Notes under the pieces: generated by a model
Databases searched by the model: none
The model's input: only the letters and a program-made list of their open reading frames with translations
Told to the model about the DNA's origin: nothing
Translations under genes and position numbers: made by a program
Shown: positions 9,157-17,800 of the stretch, piece by piece
Layout of the letters: every line of letters starts with the position of its first letter
Numbering within the stretch: the first letter of the stretch is position 1
DNA from: Planctomycetales bacterium
GTDB lineage: Bacteria; 4484-113; JAFGCY01
Assembly: GCA_022646745.1 (NCBI GenBank)
Contig: CP060262.1
Coordinates: 1,230,001-1,262,000 of the forward strand
Reading direction: 5' to 3'
Length of the DNA: 32,000 nt

Positions 9157-11382
9157 CTACTCAGGTGGGATGTTGCCACGGATGGCGTAGACCTTCTTCG
9201 TGATCCTGTCAGCCACGATGAACACGGGCTTGTCATCCAGGATCTTCAGGTCGGCGCGCTCATAGGCATCAATCTCACCGATCTTCATCAGCTGCGTTTC
9301 CCATTCGCCGTTGCCACGCAGCACGGAGCAGTACCAGTCCCTGATACCGCCCCCCATGTAGACACAGACCAGCCCGTCGCGGAAAGGTTCCATCCGGCAA
9401 CCCTTGCCGGTCTTGTAGTCATCGGTGTCCGTCACGAGGTACTGGTCCCATGTCGGGTTGCCCTTGTCCTCCAACAGCATCAGGTCGCGGTTGTAGCCAT
9501 CATAGGCGATCAGTCCCCAGTGGTCGCCGAGCCATTCCAGGTCGGTGAACAGCAGTCCGTAGGTCCAGCCCTCCGGGTTGTCAGTGACCTGCGTGAATTC
9601 ATCAAGGTCCTCGGACCAGAGGTAGAGCTCACGATCTATGAAGTCAAAGGAGCTGGCGAACAGGCTGCCACTGCGGACTTCGAAATCCATTTCCGCCGGC
9701 CAGCTTTCCGGGATGGTAAAGAAGTCGTGCTTCTGCCAGGGCTTGTCCTTGCCATAGGGCCTGGTGTACCACTTCAGGCCGCCGCCGTAGAAATCCACGC
9801 CGCTGGCGTTGTAACCGTTGTCAGAGATCGCCACGGAGCAGTAGAGTCCCGCGGTCGGTGCCTGGAACCCCCCGCCGGTGCCCTCATCGATCAGCTCGAC
9901 ATCCCAGCCGGCCTCGGGTGCACCGATTGCTGCGTAGAAGTCGTGGCTCAGTGCGGTGACTGAAGTGATAAGGTAGGTGCCATCCTTGTAGTCAACGTCC
10001 AGGTGCTGCTCGAAGCCCCCAGCGCTGATTTCCTTGCCAACGTAACTGTTCCAGTAGGTGATGCTCTTGTCGAGGTCGGTGCCCTCCACTACCCAGGGCT
10101 CGCCGACGCCGTTGTTGCGCGCCACATGCACGACGTTGTCAAGCATGTATGCGGCGCAGATCTTGTCGTCGGCAATCACGGCGGCAATCGGTTCCTTGCC
10201 GTCGCCGATTTCCTCGATGTCGTACCATTCCCACTGGTCGCCGGTCAGGCAGGGCAGGGCATCCGTCATGCGGCCGAGTGCCCCATTGCTGTCCTTGGCA
10301 GCCAGCCGGACGAAATACAGGCGACCGGGGTCCAGCCCGCTGAACTTGTACTTGCGGGTTCCGCCCTGCGGGATGTTCTTCTTGATGGTCGGCGGCTCGA
10401 GGTTGAAATCCGGCGCGTTGGCCATGTAAACTTCCCAGCCGTTGGGGCTCGGTCCTTCCCAGTCCCAGGCGATCTCGAAGTCGAAGTCACCGACTGACAG
10501 CACTCGTAAATTCTGTGGAGCCGGCAGGTCAGCCGCCGGTACATATACATTCACGGCATTGCTGTAAATGGATTCGATCGCGGCGACGGATGTCACCCGG
10601 TAGAAGTACATCTCACCGCTGACCAGCCAGTCATCCTCGTAGCCAGCTTCCGTGATCGGCTCGGCATTGAGCTTGACCTGGTCAGTGAACTTGCGGTCGT
10701 AGGCCCGGTAGACGTTGTAACCGACGGCATTGCCGACTGCTTGCCAGCCAAGGTGCACGATGCCGGGATCCGCACTGGCCGAGAGGTCCGCCGGGGCCTC
10801 GAGGTTGGTGTCCCCGATGCGACCGATCGTCAGCGAGTACAGCTTGGCATCACCTTCGCCGACGCGCAGCACTGCGATATAGCAGTTGCCTGTCTCCGAA
10901 TGGTACAGGCCATTGGCGGGGAACACGTAACTGAAGTCATCCTTGCCGGCATCCGCGAACACCCAGTGGCCGGTATTGAAATCTGCAACGGCAATGTACA
11001 GCCGGCAGGGGGAATCCTCGTCCGTCCAGAAGCTGGCATAGACACTGCCGGCCTCAACTCCGCCGAAGCCGCCCAGCGCATAGATTCCCCAGGTGTTGTC
11101 CGGGCCATTGAGCTCAAGCGTGGTGCCGATTTCCTCAGCGGTCTCACTCTTGTCAATCCAGTCGCGGCCAAGCAGCTTGATCGAATCGTCGCTCAGGCTG
11201 CGTTCGACGGCGTCCAGGCCATCCGGGAACTGCATTTCCTGCGGTGCAGCAATCTCCGGTCCAGGCTGTAGTGCTGCCAGTGGAGAATTGTCATCCGCCT
11301 GGTTGCCATCCTGCACGACCGCTGTCCGCGAGCCGCAGCTGCACAAAAGCAATGCCAGCATCAGTATGCAAATCCTGCGCAT
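9157..11382 (-). CDS. large surface lipoprotein, paralog 3 of 4
   Basis: The ORF track gives 9157-11454. The start is placed at MRRICILMLALLLCSCGS (11382), preceded by caggaggtacggacATG. Collinear with paralog 2, with most residues identical by eye. Confidence 0.8.
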   Translation of the reverse strand: MRRICILMLALLLCSCGSRTAVVQDGNQADDNSPLAALQPGPEIAAPQEMQFPDGLDAVERSLSDDSIKLLGRDWIDKSETAEEIGTTLELNGPDNTWGIYALGGFGGVEAGSVYASFWTDEDSPCRLYIAVADFNTGHWVFADAGKDDFSYVFPANGLYHSETGNCYIAVLRVGEGDAKLYSLTIGRIGDTNLEAPADLSASADPGIVHLGWQAVGNAVGYNVYRAYDRKFTDQVKLNAEPITEAGYEDDWLVSGEMYFYRVTSVAAIESIYSNAVNVYVPAADLPAPQNLRVLSVGDFDFEIAWDWEGPSPNGWEVYMANAPDFNLEPPTIKKNIPQGGTRKYKFSGLDPGRLYFVRLAAKDSNGALGRMTDALPCLTGDQWEWYDIEEIGDGKEPIAAVIADDKICAAYMLDNVVHVARNNGVGEPWVVEGTDLDKSITYWNSYVGKEISAGGFEQHLDVDYKDGTYLITSVTALSHDFYAAIGAPEAGWDVELIDEGTGGGFQAPTAGLYCSVAISDNGYNASGVDFYGGGLKWYTRPYGKDKPWQKHDFFTIPESWPAEMDFEVRSGSLFASSFDFIDRELYLWSEDLDEFTQVTDNPEGWTYGLLFTDLEWLGDHWGLIAYDGYNRDLMLLEDKGNPTWDQYLVTDTDDYKTGKGCRMEPFRDGLVCVYMGGGIRDWYCSVLRGNGEWETQLMKIGEIDAYERADLKILDDKPVFIVADRITKKVYAIRGNIPPE

Positions 11383-11490
11383 GTCCGTACCTCCTGCGCC
11401 GCCCGCAAGCCTGGCAGGCGCCTGTCCCGGAGGCATCCTGCCTCCAACTTCCATTCCCTGGATCCGCGGATCCTCCAGCCGGTTTATTCC

Positions 11491-13704
11491 CTACAGCTCT
11501 CCGAATGGCGGGATCACTCCCGTCACGCACATGATCTTGTCCTTGTTGGGGGATGTGCTCTCGGTCTCCTCCACGAGGAAGTAGGGCACATCGTTGACGA
11601 CGACCAGCTCGGCACCGGTGGCGGGCTTGACGATCGGCATCAGCATCACCTGCTGGAACCACTGGCTGCCGTCATAAACCGAGCAGTACCAGTTGGTGCT
11701 GTCATCAAGGTAGACGCAGATCAGGCCAGTGCCGCGGAAGGGCTCAAGCCTGGCGTGCCCGCCATATCCGCCTGTTGCCAGGTCCTCGGAGTTCCAGCTG
11801 CCGCCGGACTGGCGCAGCAGGTAGAGGTCATCGTTCGTCACATCGTAGCTGGTGCTGACCCAGCCGCCCGGTGTCATCACCAGGTCGGTGTACAGGCCAT
11901 TGTTGTCACCCATGTTGTCGGAGATCACGGCGGGGGCATACGGAGCCGGGCCCTTGCCGAACAGCAGTTCATGGATCTCATAGTCGAAGTACATGTATTC
12001 TGGATTGTTGCCATTCGCCTTCATCTCGAGCTGCACCGGGAAGCCGCTGTCGTTCAGTGTGCGGACGCTGGTACTGGTCCAGCTGCCCCCGGCGATCGGC
12101 TTCTCACGCATGTAGGTCAGCTTGGCGTAGTAGTCCTTGTCGATGATGTAGTAGCTGTCGTCCGTGATTGCCACCGACAGGTGGTTGCCTGCGCTCGGCA
12201 CGTCGAACTGGCCGACCTTCGTGCCGTCCGCAACGAACTCCTTGGTCCAGCCATTGCCCGGGTCGCCATAACTGGCATACAGGTCCTGGTTGAGGAAGTC
12301 AAATGCACCAACCAGGAACTTACCGTTGCGCTCGGAGATGTCCAGGTAGTTGTCAAAGCTCTCTGTGCCGAACTCCAGCCCGCAGTCGCCAACTGACCAG
12401 CTGCTGCCGGTGCCCTGGGCGAAGGCTACACTGCCCGACGGGGTGCCACCAGCATTCGCACCGAGCCAGATGACACTGGCCGTGTTGCCGGTGGCCACTG
12501 CGCGGATCGGCTCGGAGCCGTTGCCAATCGGGTGCACCTGGGTCCAGTCCCAGAACTCACCGGTGATCGCCGGCAGGTCATCCGTCATCCGGCCGCGGGA
12601 GTTGTTCAGGCTGACGCCGACAATGCGGAAGTAGTACAGCGTGTTGGTCTGCAGGTTGTTGAACTGCGCACTGCGGGCCCAGCTCTGGGAGCGGTAGCGG
12701 ATCTCGATCTCTGGTTCGAGGTTGAAGTCCTTCTCGGCCTTCAGGTAGACATAGAATCCGTTGGCAGGCTCAGGTCCGAGTTCCTCGATGTTCCAGTCCC
12801 AGCCAATCGTGACTGAATCAGGCGTCGCTTCGTCAACACGCGGGTTCTGCGGCGCCGGCATGTCGATCGTCGGTGCGAACAGGTCGATGTAGTCACTCGG
12901 GCCGGATTCCGTTGCGCCGACTGCTGTGACGAAGAAGTAGTAGATAACGCCCTTGAGGATCGGGGTGTAATCGAAGTCCGGGCCTGTCACTGGCTCTGTG
13001 TTCAGCTTCAGCGGGTCACGCAGGTCCGACCAGCGGGAGAAGTAGACGTTGTAGCTCTGAGCACCGGGCACCGGGTCCCACTGCAGGCCGATGTTCTCGG
13101 GAGTCTGCTCGTCACTGCGCAGGTTCTTCGGAGCAGTGATGGTCACATCGCCGACTCGGTTGAAGGTCAGCTTCTGCACGTCTATCGTAGCCGGACCGGT
13201 ACGCAGCAGTGCAATGTGCACGTTGCCGTTCGGGCTGGCGTAATGTGCTGGAGTAACCGGTGTGAAGGTATAGCTTCCATTCTCAGTGGTGCTGAACCAT
13301 TCCCAGCGGCCCTTGTTGTAGTTGGCCATGCCGATGTACAGCACAGTGCCGGCCCCGGTCAGGATGTTGTATTCAGCCTTGATGGAACCGAGGTCCAGTG
13401 TGTCGAAGCTGCTCAGGCTGTAGATCGCCCAGGGGGCCGTGCCATCATTGAGCTTGCAGACCGTGGAGACTGCATGCGCGCCTCCACCGGCTGAGCTGAA
13501 CTCATTGCCCAGCAGCTCGATTGAGTCATCACTGGCCTTGCGGAAGTTGTCCGCCGGTGGCCAGCTGAGGTCTCCCGCTTCGGCCGGCAGGATGTCCACA
13601 GTGCCTGTATCACCTACCCTTGGATCGCCTGAGCCGCAGGAGACAAGCGCGAGTGCAAGTGTGACAAGCATCACGAAGCGACAGTTCTGGAGCAGAATCT
13701 TCAT
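11491..13704 (-). CDS. large surface lipoprotein, divergent paralog 4 of 4
   Basis: 737 aa. The signal is MKILLQNCRFVMLVTLALALVSCGSG (canonical lipobox LVSC), with SD aaagga 6 nt upstream. It has the same module order as the other three, with an FN3-like LQWDPVPGAQSYNVYF...YYFFVTA, but a much more diverged sequence. Confidence 0.8.
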   Translation of the reverse strand: MKILLQNCRFVMLVTLALALVSCGSGDPRVGDTGTVDILPAEAGDLSWPPADNFRKASDDSIELLGNEFSSAGGGAHAVSTVCKLNDGTAPWAIYSLSSFDTLDLGSIKAEYNILTGAGTVLYIGMANYNKGRWEWFSTTENGSYTFTPVTPAHYASPNGNVHIALLRTGPATIDVQKLTFNRVGDVTITAPKNLRSDEQTPENIGLQWDPVPGAQSYNVYFSRWSDLRDPLKLNTEPVTGPDFDYTPILKGVIYYFFVTAVGATESGPSDYIDLFAPTIDMPAPQNPRVDEATPDSVTIGWDWNIEELGPEPANGFYVYLKAEKDFNLEPEIEIRYRSQSWARSAQFNNLQTNTLYYFRIVGVSLNNSRGRMTDDLPAITGEFWDWTQVHPIGNGSEPIRAVATGNTASVIWLGANAGGTPSGSVAFAQGTGSSWSVGDCGLEFGTESFDNYLDISERNGKFLVGAFDFLNQDLYASYGDPGNGWTKEFVADGTKVGQFDVPSAGNHLSVAITDDSYYIIDKDYYAKLTYMREKPIAGGSWTSTSVRTLNDSGFPVQLEMKANGNNPEYMYFDYEIHELLFGKGPAPYAPAVISDNMGDNNGLYTDLVMTPGGWVSTSYDVTNDDLYLLRQSGGSWNSEDLATGGYGGHARLEPFRGTGLICVYLDDSTNWYCSVYDGSQWFQQVMLMPIVKPATGAELVVVNDVPYFLVEETESTSPNKDKIMCVTGVIPPFGEL

Positions 13705-13727
13705 CCGAAGTCCTTTGGTAACAGTCG

Positions 13728-13736
13728 TGTTATAAT
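13728..13736 (+). promoter_or_regulatory. extended -10 (TGtTATAAT) for tRNA-Gln; the same AT box read on the minus strand (TATAAC, 13734-13729) is a candidate -10 for the paralog-4 operon
   Basis: cgTGtTATAATctctctccccaa, then the tRNA 5' end at 13749. On the minus strand, gatTATAAC is followed by a 24-nt leader with SD aaagga and then ATG at 13704. Confidence 0.45.
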
Positions 13737-13748
13737 CTCTCTCCCCAA

Positions 13749-13822
13749 TGGGGAATCGTCTAACGGTAGGACGCCTGACTCTGGATCAGGTAGTCTAGGT
13801 TCGAATCCTAGTTCCCCAGCCA
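13749..13822 (+). tRNA. tRNA-Gln (anticodon CUG), CCA encoded
   Basis: Hand-folded 74-nt cloverleaf. Acceptor stem TGGGGAA/TTCCCCA; anticodon stem CCTGA/TCAGG; loop CTCTGGA (anticodon CTG); T-arm CTAGG-TTCGAAT-CCTAG; discriminator G plus CCA. Confidence 0.9.
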
Positions 13823-13991
13823 ACTTCGCCCTATCCTCGGGGCTTTCACCCCAGACAAGTATCAGCCGCATGGCAGCCGGCCCTGCTGACATACCTTAGT
13901 ATTAAACCATAATTAGTTACTTATCTCCATATACACATTCCGTAACATTTAGACTGCACACTTTATATGACTTGTACCAATCCATCAACAA

Positions 13992-14000
13992 TGATATAAC
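13992..14000 (+). promoter_or_regulatory. extended -10 (TGaTATAAC) exactly 6 nt upstream of the TetR ATG (leaderless-type)
   Basis: aaTGaTATAACgttgttATG with no SD. The imperfect inverted repeat AACAA-N10-TTGTT (13988-14006) spans the hexamer and could be an auto-operator. Confidence 0.45.
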
Positions 14001-14006
14001 GTTGTT

Positions 14007-14639
14007 ATGGATTTGCAGATCAATTCAGCTGCCCGCAGGCAGGATCGTCGCCGGATGGTGCTGGACACGGCTGTGCTGATGATTGAGGAATCCGGTTTCC
14101 AGGGGCTTTCCCTGCGCAAGCTGGCCCAGAAGGTTGATTCAACCACACAGCTTGTTTACACCCTGTTCGGCGGCAAGCTAGGCCTGTTCCAGGAGCTGTA
14201 CCGCGATGGCTACCGGATCATGACGGAGATGTTTCAGGCGGCACCCAAATCGCAGAACAGCCTGATGTACCTTAGTACGCTTTGCTGGAAGTACCGCGAA
14301 TTCGCATTGAACCATCCGGTGCTGTTCTCGCTGATGTTCAGCCGCCCCGTGCCGGAGTTCATCCCGCCGGATGTCGGCCTGCTGCGCCAGCAGGAGCCGG
14401 TGCGGATCATGCTGGAGGCTGTCCGCACGGCACAGCGGGGAGGTATGTTCCAGGGGATCACCGCCGAGCATGCCGTTGAGCACTTGCTGTTGACGGTGCA
14501 TGGCGCAGTGCAGATGGAACTCGGAGGCTTCTACGGTGACCAGATGGAAGCCAGTGAAAGCTTCGGCCGTGCCCTGCGGATTGTGGCCAATGGAATGAAC
14601 GCGTCCAGTCCGGCAAGCACACGGCGAGCCAACAGCTGA
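14007..14639 (+). CDS. TetR/AcrR-family transcriptional regulator
   Basis: 210 aa. The N-terminal HTH region, RRMVLDTAVLMIEESGFQGLSLRKLAQKVDSTTQLVYTLFGGK, is typical TetR_N. Confidence 0.85.
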   Translation: MDLQINSAARRQDRRRMVLDTAVLMIEESGFQGLSLRKLAQKVDSTTQLVYTLFGGKLGLFQELYRDGYRIMTEMFQAAPKSQNSLMYLSTLCWKYREFALNHPVLFSLMFSRPVPEFIPPDVGLLRQQEPVRIMLEAVRTAQRGGMFQGITAEHAVEHLLLTVHGAVQMELGGFYGDQMEASESFGRALRIVANGMNASSPASTRRANS

Positions 14640-14835
14640 GGTGTTTCCCTGGATTCGCCGTTAACTGATCTCCATTGTTTCCGGGGAAATGACGTAGACT
14701 TTGAATGTCGCAGGTAGGCAGCAGCAATCAGCCTGGAATGAGTGGACTGATCTGCATATTATTCGGGCCGTACTCCAAGGGCGGGAGTATGACAGGCTGG
14801 GATTGGCTGCTCCTGCGTTTTTTTGTACTGCGGGA

Positions 14836-14841
14836 TAGAAT
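14836..14841 (+). promoter_or_regulatory. -10 hexamer TAGAAT exactly 6 nt upstream of the GTG start (leaderless-type)
   Basis: gggaTAGAATtattccGTG with no SD. GTG is the only plausible start because the signal peptide begins immediately after it. Confidence 0.45.
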
Positions 14842-14847
14842 TATTCC

Positions 14848-17800
14848 GTGAAACGCAAGACCAGCCGCAAGCTCATCTCCCTTCCAACCCTGATCGCAGT
14901 GTGCAGCCTGTTGTGCTGTGCCTGCGGATCCGGTTCCCGCCTGGATGTCAGTGCCGGCCCCTTTTCCTACCGGCGGATTTCCACCGCGATTGATTCCGAT
15001 CCAGCCTCTGGCACCCTTTCCCTGAAGCAGGAGAATGCTGGAGACGGCCTGCTGCTCAGCCTGATGGTGGAAGATGCACAGGACCTGCGCAGTCTGGCGG
15101 TTGAAATCTGCTTTGATGCAGAGGCCTGGCAGCTGGCGGATGCCGCAGCGAGCGAGCTGCTCGGTTCCGAACCTCTGCTGCTGCAAAGCTCGATGCTGGT
15201 TTCGAATGGAACGCTGGCCCACGGCCAGGTGTTGATTGATGCGGGCCAGCAGGCCGGATTCACCGGTTCCGGCTGCCTGGCGCGCTTCCACTTCACGCCT
15301 GGCGCCGGAGATGTCCCGCGCGAAACATCGGCAGTCTCGAATGCGCTGCCGCTGCCACAGTGGGATGAAGGGACATGGGAACTGAACTGGCCCTATTCAA
15401 ACACCGGTGACTACGACCAAAACAGTGAGGTCAACATTGCCGACCTGACCCCGATCGGGATCCACTTCGGCGAGGTCGTCAGCGACCCGCTCAGCAGCCA
15501 GGCGATCATTGACGGGGATGCCAATGGCGAGATCAACATCGCGGACATCACCCCGATCGGAGTGAACTACGGCCGCAGCCTGTCCGCCTACCGCTTGTGG
15601 GAGCTGGCCAGCCCGCTGGACTGGCTCGGGCCGGCTGATACCGTCCCGCTGGCCGACATCGTGTTTGCATCCGCCACTGGCCTGCCCGCACAGGACCTGC
15701 TGCAGTTCACATATAAGTATGCGGCGGATCCCGGTTATCGCTGGCTACGCCTCGCCCCGGTCAGTGGAGAGGACACCGGCCCGGTAACGGATTACATCTT
15801 CACCTATCCATCCCTGCAGCCACTGCTTTCCGTGGCTGACGGCACTGGACTTACCGGCAATGGCTCTGAAGCGGACCCATTCTCGCTGGAGGTGCCAGCC
15901 AGTGTCCCGCTGAAGCTGCTGCTGCAGGATGACACGGACGTGACGGCGGATGCGCTCAGCAGCTTTGCTGTCAGTGGCCCGGCCGGCGGCAGCATCAGTG
16001 GTTCCAGCCTCGAGCTGGATGCCTCAAGTGCCGGTGACTACCTTGTTACGGCGACATACGACGGCGTGCCTTCCGATCCCTTCGCGCTGTATTTCCATGT
16101 CAACGAACCACCTGAGGCAATTCTGGTTGCTAATCCAACCAGTGGCAATGTCCCGTTCACGGTGGAACTGGATGCCAGCCAGAGCAGCGACCCGGATGGT
16201 GAGATCGTGCTCGCGGAATGGGACTTTGACAACGATGGCACATTCGACCGTGAGACCGGTGATCTGCTGACAACCCTGCGACGGTATGACACAGAAGGTA
16301 CCTACGAGGCTGTGGTCAGGCTGACGGATGACAAGGGAGCCAGCAGCGTGAGTGACCCGCTGCTGATCACCGTGGAGCCCCCCAACCAACCACCGCAGCC
16401 GGTTGTCAGTGGCAACCCGCTCAGCGGCAATACCCCATTGACGGTGGAGTTTGATGCATCAGCCAGCTCGGACCCGGACGGCAGCATCGAGAGCATCAGC
16501 TGGGACTTTGACAACGACGGAAGCTATGAGCTGCTGGACAGCCAGGACTTCACGCCGCAGCATACATTCGTCGTGCCCGGACAGTATGAAGTGGCGGTGC
16601 GGCTGCGGGATGACGATGGCGCGGTCGCATTCAGCTCACCCCTGTTCATCAACGTGGGTGGCAACTTCCCACCGACAGCCGTGCTGCGCGCCGTGCCGAA
16701 TGCCGGTCCATCGCCACTGCTGGTGCAGCTCGATGCCAGTGAATCAACGGACGGTGACGGCAGCATCGTGCTCGTGGAATGGGATTTCAGCGGTGATGGC
16801 GAATATGACCAGAGCGGTACCCTGTTCGTGGTGAGCAACCTGTACACCGGTGATGGGGTGTTCCATCCGGTGGTGCGCCTGACTGACAACAATGGTGGCG
16901 TGACGGTCAGTGAACCGGCCACCGTCACCGTCGGCGTGGCAGCCGGTTCACCCCCCGTGGCACTGCTCAGCGCACTGCCCCAGTCCGGGCCGGCCCCGCT
17001 TGATGTCACGTTCAGTGGAACAGGCAGTACGGATGCTGATAATGACATCCTCTATGTGGAGTTCGACTTCGAAAATGACGGGACCTGGGACGTGCTGGAT
17101 GATGACGACTTCACGGTCTCACACCGCTATGAATTGGACGGGACCTATGAAGCAGTGCTGCGGGTGACGGACAGCTACGGATTCCGGGATACCAGTGATC
17201 CCGTTGAAATCACAGTCAGCAGCGGTTCTCCTCCCACTGCATTCTTCCAGGCGGCCAGCCTCAGCGGGGTTTCCCCGTTTGACCTGGTGCTGGATGCCTC
17301 TGGCAGCAGCGACCCTGACGGCTCGATCAGCCTGTACGAATGGGACGTGGATGCTGATGGATCCTACGACCTTGCGACAACATCCTCGAGCGCGCAGCTC
17401 AGCCTGGTGACCGAAGGCCAGCGGGACCTGCGCCTGCGGGTGACGGACAGTGACGGCATGTCCGCGACCTTCAGCCGGGAGTTCACGGTTTCCCCGCCGT
17501 CGCTGGGCTGGAATGACTGGAGCACAGGCATCGTGAACCCGCAGAATGCACACCTCCGTGCGGTTGGCGGCAGGCCGGCTGTCGCCTGGCAGTCCAGCGG
17601 GGCCGATCTGTTCTTCAAGCGCAGTGCGGATGTGGACGGGCATAGCTGGCCGGTGACAGGCTCGCTGGTGGACAGTGACCTCACGGGCTATCCCGGAGGC
17701 AGCATCCGATTGGTTGATTTTGCAGTCAGCGGCGGCGTGCCCTTGATGCTTACGCTGAAGGGCACCGCGGCCCAGGCCGACCATGACATGTTCGTCAGCC

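Noticed and set aside
9087-9236. N-terminal extensions given by the ORF track: 6876-9236, 9157-11454, 4594-6813, 2198-3241, 24958-25716, 30118-31527, 21775-22164 and 20642-21565.
   Set aside because: In each case an internal Met immediately starts a signal peptide and is preceded by an SD or a -10 box. The extensions overlap the upstream gene or an intergenic repeat.
6654-9963. Long plus-strand ORFs of 342, 393 and 386 aa (6654-7682, 7722-8903, 8803-9963) antisense to the paralog lipoprotein genes. Similar ones lie at 10003-10497, 10741-11271 and 11755-12396.
   Set aside because: These are typical stop-poor antisense frames in GC-rich coding DNA. Their products are Ala/Val/Gly/Arg-rich with no signal, motif or SD. 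The minus-strand frames carry lipoprotein signals, FN3 signatures and paralog conservation.
13701-13892. 63-aa minus-strand ORF.
   Set aside because: It overlaps the entire tRNA-Gln gene on the opposite strand, so it is an artefact.
13823-14006. A genomic-island attachment site at tRNA-Gln.
   Set aside because: No integrase is present, and I found no direct repeat of the tRNA 3' end by eye in the window. It is reported only as a low-interest possibility.
14640-14847. A T7 run (14817-14823) and distant complementary GCAGG...AGCAGC / GCTGCTCCTGC segments as a terminator for the TetR gene. Also the 187-aa minus-strand ORF 14728-15291.
   Set aside because: The putative stem arms are about 80 nt apart with bulges, so this is not a convincing intrinsic terminator. 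The ORF is antisense to the signal-peptide region of the PKD gene and has no supporting features.
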